A stretch of 64,000 bases of DNA, taken from assembly GCA_964647615.1 (NCBI GenBank), contig CAZYIV010000007.1:1950-65949 (forward strand). Direction: 5' to 3'. Position numbers and translations under genes: made by a program. Below are positions 41,706-51,719 of the stretch, piece after piece. The stretch's first letter is position 1. Every line of letters starts with the position of its first letter. The DNA is from an uncultured Gemmatimonadaceae bacterium. GTDB lineage: Bacteria; Gemmatimonadota; Gemmatimonadetes; Gemmatimonadales; GWC2-71-9. Below the pieces are notes generated by a model that had not been told where the DNA came from, made no database searches, and saw nothing but the letters and a program-made list of their open reading frames with translations.

Positions 41706-42380
41706 TCATGGGGCGCCCGCATGTGCCGCGTCCTGCGCCGGCAGGTAGCGCGCGAACCAGTCACGAGCGAGCCCGCTCACCTGGTCCAGGGTGCCGGGCT
41801 CCTCGAAGAGGTGCGTGGCCCCGGGGATGACGGCCAGCTGCCGGGTGCACTGCAGCTGACCGAGGGCGTCCCGGTTGAGGTCAAGCACCATCGGATCATC
41901 GCCCCCGACGATCAGGAGCGTGGGGGCCCGAACCCGGGCGAGCCACTCGTGGGCCAGGTCGGGCCGGCCCCCGCGCGAGACCACGGCGTGCACCCGGTCG
42001 GCGGCGTGGGCCGCGGCGATGAGCGCGGCGCCGGCGCCGGTGCTGGCCCCGAAGTAGCCGATGGGCAGGCGGCCCTCGGGTCGGTCCAGCAGCCAGTCGG
42101 TCGCGGCCAGCAGCCGGGTCGCGAGCAGGGGGATATCGAAGACGTAGCGACGGTCCCGGCTCTCGGTCTCGGTCAGCAGGTCAAAGAGCAGGGTCGCGAT
42201 CCCGCCATGCTGCAGGGTCCGGGCAACTGTCCGGTTGCGAGGACTCAGGCGGCTGCTGCCGCTCCCGTGCGCGAACAGCACCAAGCCCACCGGGTGTTCC
42301 GGCAGGCCGATTTCACCCGGGAGGACGAGGTGCCCGGCGGGGATCCGCACCGGGCGTTCGAGGATCTGAAGGGTGGTCAT
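41706..42380 (-). CDS. dienelactone-hydrolase-like alpha/beta hydrolase
   Basis: MTTLQILERPVRIPAG...GLVLFAHGSGSSRLSPRN, with nucleophile elbow FGASTGAG. A GTG two codons upstream (42386) is an alternative start. Confidence 0.75.
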   Translation of the reverse strand: MTTLQILERPVRIPAGHLVLPGEIGLPEHPVGLVLFAHGSGSSRLSPRNRTVARTLQHGGIATLLFDLLTETESRDRRYVFDIPLLATRLLAATDWLLDRPEGRLPIGYFGASTGAGAALIAAAHAADRVHAVVSRGGRPDLAHEWLARVRAPTLLIVGGDDPMVLDLNRDALGQLQCTRQLAVIPGATHLFEEPGTLDQVSGLARDWFARYLPAQDAAHAGAP

Positions 42381-42576
42381 ACGCACGGCTCCGGTCCGGT
42401 CGGCCCGGCGGAGCCATGGTCCTGCAGCAACCGCGGAGGAGCAGGGCTCCGCGACGTACAGCGTCTAGCTACAATATTGAATGGGTCGTACTTAAGCGCC
42501 GATGGGAGCCGGGTGACAGTTCGCTCACGATCCTCGCGGCACCGGGCGGGCCACGGGATTGCGACCGGGGCAGACT

Positions 42577-42650
42577 GAATGAGAAACGCCCCTCTGGCGT
42601 GGGCCGAAGGGGCGTATGGGAGTACCCACCGGGCTCGACACTGATCCTGA
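42577..42650 (-). repeat. terminator-like hairpin plus possible degenerate tRNA 3' fragment (left copy of a direct repeat)
   Basis: Stem ACGCCCCT (42586..42593) / AGGGGCGT (42608..42615), with a U-rich tail only in minus-strand orientation (TTCTCATTC). This ~45 nt resembles 45049..45090 (GAAAC-N-CCCCTCTGGC...GGCC..GGGG.GT). The next 35 nt share TGGG and GGGCTCGA with the tRNA-Val 3' end at nearly the same offset. Confidence 0.4.
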
Positions 42651-42798
42651 TGCGAGTCGTGTGTCATGCGGCGCCAGCGGCCGCGTCTCCGGAGCAGATT
42701 GTCGCCCACGCGAGGATTCTGTGTTGCACCATCCACTCCAGCTTGTGCAGGCTCGACGCACCGCCGAGGGCATCCCCGGGCCGCTGCATCCCGGTGGA

Positions 42799-45048
42799 GT
42801 GAGGTGGGTCACCTTGGTCGTCCTGTCCGCGGCGGGAATCGCCCCGCTGCATGGGCAGTCCGGTGGAGTGGCTGACCGAGACACTGTCCTGGTGTGGCAT
42901 CAAATCTCGAGCTGGCAGGCTCGTGGGATTCTTGCTTCCCTCGCCCTCGTCGCAGAAATGACGCTGGTCCTTCGCCGCACCCCAGGTGCGGGCAGTGATT
43001 CTGCCTACCTCGCCACCCTGGGCGGGGATGGAGCCACCGTCCCGGTTTCCGTGACGATGGACCGTGCCGGGGCGGTGCGCACCTTTCAGCTGGCGGGTAG
43101 CCCGGATTTCGACTGGGAGCTGGAGGGTGGTTTGCTGGTCCACGAGGCGATGGCGCACGCGGGGGGTGGCCACCGATGGCCCGCCAGCCGGCGCACGCGG
43201 AGGGTGGTGGCCAATGCGGTGCCGGAACATGTCGGCAGCCTGTTCGGCCAGCTGCTCGGGGGACACCGTACCGAGATCGTGCGGATTCGCGACGAGGATG
43301 TGATCGGCCATGTGAGGTCCGGAGGGCGCGAGTGGCTCCGTATCAGGTCCCGCGGTCTCGACTCGATCGTCGCCATCCGATTCCTCGACCCCGAATTTCA
43401 GCGAACCAGGGTGGAGTTCCGGATGGCCGGTCCCGTCGAGGAGACGCTGCTTTTCGATCCGGCTACGGGAGAGCTTGACAGCCTCCACGCGACAGCCGCC
43501 TACCGGGCCCGCGTTACCTATTTCAATCTGGATGGTCGCGCGACGACCGTGGACGCAAGATGGGACGTCAGGAGGACGGCGATACGGGCGCCGGACCCCG
43601 GGGGGGCGGCGCGGGACGCCGAGGACTACTTCGTGGTGCACGGCCGGAATCCGCCGGAGCGCGAGGCAGCGAGCCTCGGCGACCTCGCCCGCCTTGCGGC
43701 TGATGCAGTTTCAGGGCGCGCCGAGGGCCTGGACAGCTTGCTGTCACGCCGGACCGGCGCAGTCGGGACTGCCGAGCGGGTCGAGGTGGAGACGAATCTT
43801 CGAGCCGCGGTGTCCCGAATGGAAAGTGACCCTTCAGTCGTCGACCGCCTGATCCGGTGGTATCGGCCGGGGGACACATTCCTGGCGGCGGTGCTGCTCG
43901 AGCGGGCTGGATTTGGCACCGAAGTTCTGAGCCTCCCGCTTGCCGAGGTGCTGGTGCAGACCTTTGGCGACCTCGCCGAGCAGCGGCGTGAGGGACTCAA
44001 CCGGGAGTCGGCCTTTGAGCGGCTCTTCCAGCTCATCGGGAACGCGGGCCGGGTGGATTCGGCGGCTGCGGACCTGCTGGCCCGGGCCGCCATGCGCGTG
44101 GATGACCCGAACGCGCGGGATCTCTTCCTCCTGGCTGCCTACCGTGGCCAGCCGCGTCGCTACCTCCCGGTGATGCTTGCCCATGCCGACACGGTACGCG
44201 GTTTCGGGCCGCTGGTGCGTCGCTATGCCTCCGGTGACCCAAGCGCCCTCAGCGAGTCATGGGGGATCTCCCCTTGGATGGAGAACGAGCCTGGTCCCGG
44301 GCCACTTCCGTCGCTCGAAGCGCCGTGGCGGGCGCACCGTGACCATGCGCGCGCCGAGGGCGGCTACTGGGATTCACGCCGGTTCGTGGAGTGGCTGGCC
44401 GCACACGAACCGGACGGAGTGGCGCGACTCCTCGGGCGATTTGCGTCGGAGACCGAAGTGCCGGGGCGGCTGGTGTGGGCGGATTACCTCTTCCAGCTCG
44501 GCGACTTCTCGCCGGTGCCGTGGGTCCGCTCGCTCACCTCCGCACCGGACAGCGCCAGCCGGGAACAGGGGTACGACATGATGCTCGGTACGACCTGGGG
44601 ACACCTCTTCCAGGACACGCTGCCGGAAGGAGCTGAGCTGGCCGAACTGCAGAACCTGCTGCTGCGGTTCGCCGACGGAGAAGCCTCCTTCGTGAGCCTG
44701 GACGGGAGCCCGGTCGCCGGCATCCAGGTGCATGATGAGACCCCCGGAGAGCACCTGCTGATCGAGGACAACCTCTCCGCGTCCATCCGGCAGGCGGCGC
44801 ATTGGCGGGATCGGTTCGAGCTGATCAGTGAGGAACAGCTCCAACGCAGAGTGGACTCGACCGGATTGCGCATGGCAGTGCGTATCGGGCCGATCACCCG
44901 GGTAGGGGATCGGTACGAGGCGAGCGTGGCGCTGTTGCCCTATGCCCGGCGGGGGGAATTCTGCCTCTGCGGAGGCGGGGCGAGACTCGAATTCGTACGC
45001 CGGGGAGATGAATGGATGGTGCTGTCGTATTTCGGCTGGATCTCCTGA
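42799..45048 (+). CDS. orphan secreted protein, about 749 aa, function unknown (contains one HExxH)
   Basis: A continuous 810-codon frame starts at 42616. GTG 42799 gives a plausible signal peptide ([M]RWVTLVVLSAAGIAPLHGQS). Composition is protein-like (D/E/L/F/W/Y present), unlike the Arg/Pro/Gly-rich antisense ORFs. HEAMAH lies at 43141..43158. Confidence 0.55.
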   Translation: MRWVTLVVLSAAGIAPLHGQSGGVADRDTVLVWHQISSWQARGILASLALVAEMTLVLRRTPGAGSDSAYLATLGGDGATVPVSVTMDRAGAVRTFQLAGSPDFDWELEGGLLVHEAMAHAGGGHRWPASRRTRRVVANAVPEHVGSLFGQLLGGHRTEIVRIRDEDVIGHVRSGGREWLRIRSRGLDSIVAIRFLDPEFQRTRVEFRMAGPVEETLLFDPATGELDSLHATAAYRARVTYFNLDGRATTVDARWDVRRTAIRAPDPGGAARDAEDYFVVHGRNPPEREAASLGDLARLAADAVSGRAEGLDSLLSRRTGAVGTAERVEVETNLRAAVSRMESDPSVVDRLIRWYRPGDTFLAAVLLERAGFGTEVLSLPLAEVLVQTFGDLAEQRREGLNRESAFERLFQLIGNAGRVDSAAADLLARAAMRVDDPNARDLFLLAAYRGQPRRYLPVMLAHADTVRGFGPLVRRYASGDPSALSESWGISPWMENEPGPGPLPSLEAPWRAHRDHARAEGGYWDSRRFVEWLAAHEPDGVARLLGRFASETEVPGRLVWADYLFQLGDFSPVPWVRSLTSAPDSASREQGYDMMLGTTWGHLFQDTLPEGAELAELQNLLLRFADGEASFVSLDGSPVAGIQVHDETPGEHLLIEDNLSASIRQAAHWRDRFELISEEQLQRRVDSTGLRMAVRIGPITRVGDRYEASVALLPYARRGEFCLCGGGARLEFVRRGDEWMVLSYFGWIS

Positions 45049-45087
45049 AATACGAAACACCCCTCTGGCACGAGGGCCAGGGGGGTG
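45049..45087 (-). terminator. rho-independent terminator downstream of tRNA-Val (right copy of the repeat)
   Basis: The minus strand reads CACCCCCCTGGC-loop-GCCAGAGGGGTG followed by TTTCGTATTTC. It starts 3 nt after the tRNA 3' end. Confidence 0.55.
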
Positions 45088-45090
45088 CAG

Positions 45091-45164
45091 TGGGCGATGA
45101 GGGGCTCGAACCCCCGACCTCGCGCATGTGAGGCGCGCGCTCTAACCAGCTGAGCTAATCGCCC
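45091..45164 (-). tRNA. tRNA-Val (anticodon CAC)
   Basis: Minus strand: GGGCGAT TA GCTC AGCTGGTTA GAGC G CGCGC CTCACAT GCGCG AGGTC GGGGG TTCGAGC CCCTC ATCGCCC A. This folds by hand into a 74-nt cloverleaf with a 7-bp acceptor stem, GTTCGA T-loop and anticodon CAC. CCA is not encoded. Confidence 0.9.
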
Positions 45165-45248
45165 GGATCCTGCATCCCGGATTCCGGGGGCCGAAAACCT
45201 ACATCCGAGCCCGCCGCCGGGGCAAGCCCGGAATGGCGGAGCGGGGCG

Positions 45249-46244
45249 TCACCCACGGCTCCGGGCCGCCGCCAGGACCTCCTCCGGCGCCACCGTCGCC
45301 ACGCCCCGCTTCCCGACCTCCACCCCGGCCGCGATGTTGGCCAGCTCTGCCGCCTCGACCGGCGTTGCCCCGGCGGCCAGCGCCGCACCGGCCCAGGCGG
45401 TCACGGTGTCGCCGGCGCCGGAGACATCATAGACCTCGCGGGCCAGGCTCTCGACATGGTGCGGCACCCGTCCCGGGTCCTGCGGGATGAGCGCCATGCC
45501 GCCCGCACCCAGGGTGAGCAGGAGGTACTCCGTGCCGAGTCGCGCCGCCGCGCCCCGCAGCGCATCCACCGAGCCGAGATCCACCCCGGGGATGGCGGTC
45601 GACAGCTCCCGCCGGTTGGGCTTGAAGATGGTGGCGCCCCCGTACGCGAAGAACGACCGGAACTTCGGGTCCACGACCGTGGGAATGCCGCGGCGGGCCG
45701 CCGCCGCCATCACGCTCCCGATCAGTCGCGGGTGCAGCACGCCCTTGTCGTAGTCCTCGAGCAGCACCGCCTCCGCGCCCTCGACCGCCTGCTCCGCCAG
45801 CGCCACCAGCCGGTCCACCGACTCGGCGGGCAGCTCGCCCGCATCTTCCTCGTCGATCCGCACCACCTGCTGGCCCCGCGCCACCACCCGCGTCTTGGTG
45901 GTGGTGGGGCGGTCGGGCAGGGCCAGGAGGTGGCGATCGCCAATGTGCCGCCGCTCGAGCTCCTGCCGCAGTGCCACCCCGTCCTGGTCGCCGCCAATCA
46001 CCGCCACGAGTTCGGCCTGTGCCCCCAGCGCCGCGACGTTGGCGGCGACGTTTGCCGCGCCGCCCAGCGCCAGCCGGCGCTCGGTGACGTTCACCACCGG
46101 TACCGGCGCCTCGGGGCTGATCCGCTCGGTGTCGCCGAGCAGGTAGCGGTCCAGCATCGCGTCGCCCACGACCACGACGCGGCGGCCGCGCAGCTGCTCC
46201 AGCAGCGCGGTGAGCCGGGGCAGCGGCAGCGCGTCAGTCGCCAT
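45249..46244 (-). CDS. D-glycero-beta-D-manno-heptose-7-phosphate kinase (RfaE domain I / PfkB family)
   Basis: Start at MATDALPLPRLTALLEQLRGRRVVVVGDAMLDRYLLGDTERISPEAPVPVV, typical of HldE domain I / HldA. PfkB motif DVSGAGDT near the C-terminus. No adenylyltransferase domain. Confidence 0.8.
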   Translation of the reverse strand: MATDALPLPRLTALLEQLRGRRVVVVGDAMLDRYLLGDTERISPEAPVPVVNVTERRLALGGAANVAANVAALGAQAELVAVIGGDQDGVALRQELERRHIGDRHLLALPDRPTTTKTRVVARGQQVVRIDEEDAGELPAESVDRLVALAEQAVEGAEAVLLEDYDKGVLHPRLIGSVMAAAARRGIPTVVDPKFRSFFAYGGATIFKPNRRELSTAIPGVDLGSVDALRGAAARLGTEYLLLTLGAGGMALIPQDPGRVPHHVESLAREVYDVSGAGDTVTAWAGAALAAGATPVEAAELANIAAGVEVGKRGVATVAPEEVLAAARSRG

Positions 46245-47733
46245 GGCTGAAGTGTCCCCGCCAGTCGGTGCCGAGGGTGGCCTGCACCCGGCCCACGAAC
46301 CGGGTGCGGCTGCGGCCCTCGACGTGGCCGGCATTCTGGAGCCGGTGCACGCCGGCGTTGAGGTGCAGCGCGAACGGCCCCTCGTGGCCCGCCACCCCCA
46401 GGGCGGCGCGCCAGGTGCGGGTCACGGTGCCGATGAACAGCGTGGGGGTGTCGGCCAGCGCCTGCCCGGTGGGCCAGGCGCCATTGATGGTCCCCTCGCC
46501 CTGGCGGAGCAGGGTGAGTTCGGGGGTCAGCATCCAGCCGGCAGGTCCGGGGACACTCAGTTGCACGGTCATCTGGTCATTATCGGCAAAGTTGCGCCCC
46601 AGGCCGACCCCCTGGTCGGTGAATGACTCGAACTGCCGGCTGGTGCGGAACGCCAGGCTGCTGGCCTGGGTGTACCCGGCCCGCCAGGCCAGCCGGCGGC
46701 CCAGCGGCCCCTCCGCCTGCAGCGCGAAGGCGTAGCGGTTGGGTGCCGTCCCTGGATGGTACTGGAAGTCATCCAGCCCGAGCTGCGCCATCAAACGGGC
46801 GCGGCCGACGCGCCAGGTGGCATCGAGCCCGAGCAGGATGTTGCCGTTGTCGCCCAGGCCGTACTCGTTGGCCAGCAAGAGCAGCGTCACCGGGTTGCGG
46901 TAGCGCCCCCCGAAGCTGCGTCCCGGCCCCGCCAGGACGGTGGTTTCCCACAGCCCCAGTTCGAACCGGTGGGACAGCCGGGCGTGCAGCCTATGGAAGA
47001 AGAAGTAGCGGTTGATGGTGGTGCCACTGCTGTCGACCGCATCCTCCAGGGTGGCCGCCTGCGCGACCAGCCCCACGGCGCGGGTGCCGATCCGGAGCCC
47101 GAGATACGGCCGCGGGTAGCCGGCGTTGCTCACGCCAATCCCGGGGAAGAGTCCCGGCCCCCAGTTCTGCTCCATCTGGCCATACGACAGTTCCCCGTAC
47201 TTGAACTGCAGCGCGAGGTACGCTTCGGGGTGCCAGCCGGCGACCTTGATGTCCTTCCGGCCGGGCCAGTCCGGATCCTTGGGCAGCCGCGGCTCGACCG
47301 TGGGGCGCGTCACCAGCACCACGGGGCCGTACGCGGCCTCCACGGTGGCCTGCGCCAGCGGGCGCACGCCGCGGGGGCCGGCGGGGTGCAGCAGGTCGCG
47401 CCGGGCCTCGGTGTAGCCCTGCCCGCCGCCGGCGATGCCGAGGTGCCACCGCGCCTCCGCGGTATCCTCGGCCCAGGCGGCCCGGAGGCGGCCGGCCAGC
47501 GGCGCATCCGCGAGTGTGCCCCGCGCCACCGCGCTGTCCAGCGCAGCGAGCGCATCGTGGCGGCGGAAGGGGCGCTGCTGGGGGGTGGGGTCGTCCACCT
47601 CGCCCCGGGCCACCAGGTGCTCGAAGGCGGGGAGGAGCGGATCGTCGAGGGGGACGTAGGCGCTCGTCTGGGCGCCGAGCGGGGCAGCGAACAGCAGCAG
47701 GATGAGCGGCGCCAGCCGCGGTGGCGAGGGCAT
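46234..47733 (-). CDS. capsule-assembly Wzi-family-like outer membrane protein
   Basis: Start at MPSPPRLAPLILLLFAAPLGAQ (signal peptide). YVPLDDPLLPAFEHLVARGEV..QRPFRRHDALAAL resembles the Wzi N-terminal helical region. The rest is beta-rich. A longer start is excluded by the divergent asparaginase gene. Confidence 0.65.
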   Translation of the reverse strand: MPSPPRLAPLILLLFAAPLGAQTSAYVPLDDPLLPAFEHLVARGEVDDPTPQQRPFRRHDALAALDSAVARGTLADAPLAGRLRAAWAEDTAEARWHLGIAGGGQGYTEARRDLLHPAGPRGVRPLAQATVEAAYGPVVLVTRPTVEPRLPKDPDWPGRKDIKVAGWHPEAYLALQFKYGELSYGQMEQNWGPGLFPGIGVSNAGYPRPYLGLRIGTRAVGLVAQAATLEDAVDSSGTTINRYFFFHRLHARLSHRFELGLWETTVLAGPGRSFGGRYRNPVTLLLLANEYGLGDNGNILLGLDATWRVGRARLMAQLGLDDFQYHPGTAPNRYAFALQAEGPLGRRLAWRAGYTQASSLAFRTSRQFESFTDQGVGLGRNFADNDQMTVQLSVPGPAGWMLTPELTLLRQGEGTINGAWPTGQALADTPTLFIGTVTRTWRAALGVAGHEGPFALHLNAGVHRLQNAGHVEGRSRTRFVGRVQATLGTDWRGHFSHGD

Positions 47734-47763
47734 GGGCCAAAGATACGATTTCCGTGCGGCTCC

Positions 47764-47772
47764 GCTATTTTG
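47764..47772 (+). promoter_or_regulatory. GCTATTTTG motif (-10-like) 7 nt upstream of the asparaginase ATG
   Basis: One of three GCTAnnTTG occurrences found immediately upstream of start codons (see also 51685 and 59613). There is no room for a Shine-Dalgarno sequence. Confidence 0.3.
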
Positions 47773-47779
47773 CTCCCCC

Positions 47780-48787
47780 ATGTCCACCCCCTTCCGCCTC
47801 GAGGCCACGCGCGGCGGTATCGCGGAATCGGTGCACCGGGTCTCGGTGGCGGTGGTGGATGTGACCGGCCGGATGGTCGCCGCCGCGGGAGATCCGGCGC
47901 TGGTGGCCTTCTGGCGGTCCGCCGCCAAGCCGTTCCAGGCGATGCCGCTGGTCGCCGATGGCGCGGCAGACGCGGTGGGGTTCACCGCGGAGGAGCTGGC
48001 GCTGGCCTGTGCGTCGCATTCGAGCGAGCCGGCCCACCTGCAGGTGGTAGACGCCATGCTCGGTAAGGTGGGGCTCCCCGAGGCGGCGCTGGCGTGCGGA
48101 CCGCACACACCCCTTGGGCCGGCGGTGGCGGCCCGGGTGGCGCGGGAGGGCACCGCCCTCACCCCGCGATGGAGCAACTGCTCCGGCAAGCACACCGGCA
48201 TGCTGGCGGCCGCGCGGAATGCGGGCCTGGCCGCCGAGGGGTACGAGCGCGCCGGGCATCCGCTGCAGCAGCGGATCCTCGCCGAGGTGACCCGATGGAG
48301 CGGCGTACCCCGCGAGGGGATGACCCTCGGTGTGGATGGGTGCACCGTGGTCTCGTTCGGCTTGCCGATCCGGGCGATGGCGCTGGCCTACGCCCGGTTC
48401 GGGGTCTCGGAGGAGCCGGCCGCGGCCCGCCTGCGCGCGGCCATGCTGGCGCACCCCGTGATGGTGGCGGGGACCGACCGGTTGTGTACCGACCTCATGC
48501 AGGGCGCCGGCGGTCGGGTGCTGGGGAAGCTGGGGGCGGACGGGATCTATTGCGCCGCGCTGCCGGGAGCCGGCCTGGGGCTGGCGCTGAAGGTGGAAGA
48601 TGGCGACATGCCCAGCCTGGGCCCGGCGCTGCTGGGCATCCTGAACCGGCTGGCCGCGCGGGTGGAGCTCGGGGTGGACCCGTCGGCGCTGGGCCCCGCG
48701 GTCCGGCGGCACGCGGAACTGCCGATCCTCAACACCCGCGGGGTGCCGACCGGCAGCCTGCGGGCGGTGGGCGAGCTGCGGTTTTGA
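47780..48787 (+). CDS. asparaginase-family protein (Asparaginase_II type)
   Basis: Start at MSTPFRLEATRGGIAESVHRVSVAVVD. Carries the family motif WSNCSGKHTGMLAAA. Confidence 0.8.
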   Translation: MSTPFRLEATRGGIAESVHRVSVAVVDVTGRMVAAAGDPALVAFWRSAAKPFQAMPLVADGAADAVGFTAEELALACASHSSEPAHLQVVDAMLGKVGLPEAALACGPHTPLGPAVAARVAREGTALTPRWSNCSGKHTGMLAAARNAGLAAEGYERAGHPLQQRILAEVTRWSGVPREGMTLGVDGCTVVSFGLPIRAMALAYARFGVSEEPAAARLRAAMLAHPVMVAGTDRLCTDLMQGAGGRVLGKLGADGIYCAALPGAGLGLALKVEDGDMPSLGPALLGILNRLAARVELGVDPSALGPAVRRHAELPILNTRGVPTGSLRAVGELRF

Positions 48788-48838
48788 GGCTGGCGATGCG
48801 TCCGCGCGCCCCGCGCGGGCCCGAGAGAGGATGGTAGC

Positions 48839-49483
48839 GTGATGGCACGGCAGGACCAGCTCGATCCGCACACGCTGCAGCTGGTGCGCTTCGCGGCCGC
48901 GATCGCCCAGGGCTACGAGCCGGAGCTCCGGCAGGGCGCCACCGCCTGCAAGGCGGCCCAGGTGCCGGTGGCCTGGGTCGAGGAGATGCTGCTGCAGTCG
49001 CTGCTGATGGTGGGCTATCCGCGCACCCTCATCGCCTTCGCCATCTGGCGCAAGGTGAGCCGGGTGGCCGCGCCGGCGTCGGATCCGGATGCCGACTATC
49101 GCCAGGTGCCGCAATGGACGGCCCGGGGCGAGGAGACCTGCGGCGTGGTCTACGGCGCCAACTACAAGCGGCTGCGGGAGAACGTGAAGGACCTGCACCC
49201 CGCGCTGGACCAGTGGATGATCATCGAGGGCTACGGCCGCACCATGGGCCGGCCGGGGCTCGACCTGCTGCGCCGGGAGCTGTGCACCGTGGCGCAGACC
49301 GCGGTGATGGAGGCGCCCCGCCAGCTGCATTCGCACCTGCGCGGCTCGCTCCACGCCGGCGCCACCTTCGAGCAGGTGGAGGGGGTGCTGGGGGTGGTGA
49401 ACCCGCTGCTGTCGTATGACCAGTGGAAGAAGGTGAAGGAACTGTGGCAGACCGTGCGCGACGGCTGGGACCCGGAGGAGTGA
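48839..49483 (+). CDS. carboxymuconolactone-decarboxylase (AhpD-like) family protein
   Basis: 214 aa, all-helical, with a two-CMD-like-repeat architecture (LQLVRFAAAIAQG...; ELCTVAQTAVMEAPRQLHSHLRGSLHAGAT). Start is GTG 48839 or ATG 48842. Confidence 0.6.
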   Translation: MMARQDQLDPHTLQLVRFAAAIAQGYEPELRQGATACKAAQVPVAWVEEMLLQSLLMVGYPRTLIAFAIWRKVSRVAAPASDPDADYRQVPQWTARGEETCGVVYGANYKRLRENVKDLHPALDQWMIIEGYGRTMGRPGLDLLRRELCTVAQTAVMEAPRQLHSHLRGSLHAGATFEQVEGVLGVVNPLLSYDQWKKVKELWQTVRDGWDPEE

Positions 49484-51642
<2,159 letters not shown>

Positions 51643-51684
51643 GGTCGGGGCGGCGGGCCCCGGTTCCGGGTTGCGGCCGGAAGG

Positions 51685-51693
51685 GCTAAATTG
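51685..51693 (+). promoter_or_regulatory. GCTAAATTG motif (-10-like) upstream of the giant kinase gene
   Basis: The 9-mer is identical to the one upstream of hrcA. It lies 26 nt upstream of ATG 51720 in an otherwise GC-rich spacer. Confidence 0.3.
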
Positions 51694-51719
51694 ATCTCTC
51701 CACAACACTTCCCTCACGG

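Larger units (their letters stand above)
42577..45122. mobile_element. possible remnant of a tRNA-Val-associated integrated islet (no integrase present)
   Basis: Imperfect direct repeats (hairpin plus tRNA 3'-like sequence) bracket about 2.4 kb carrying a single orphan ORF. Hand counts of several lines give about 60-68% GC, against about 70-75% in neighbouring genes. Confidence 0.3.

Noticed and set aside
42664-45060. Minus-strand ORFs 42664..43641 and 44374..45060 inside the islet, tempting because both flanking hairpins look like minus-strand terminators
   Set aside because: Their translations are Arg/Pro/Gly-rich and broken into pieces. The plus strand has one uninterrupted 810-codon frame with protein-like composition and a signal peptide. 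The hairpins are better explained as the tRNA terminator and its duplicated copy.
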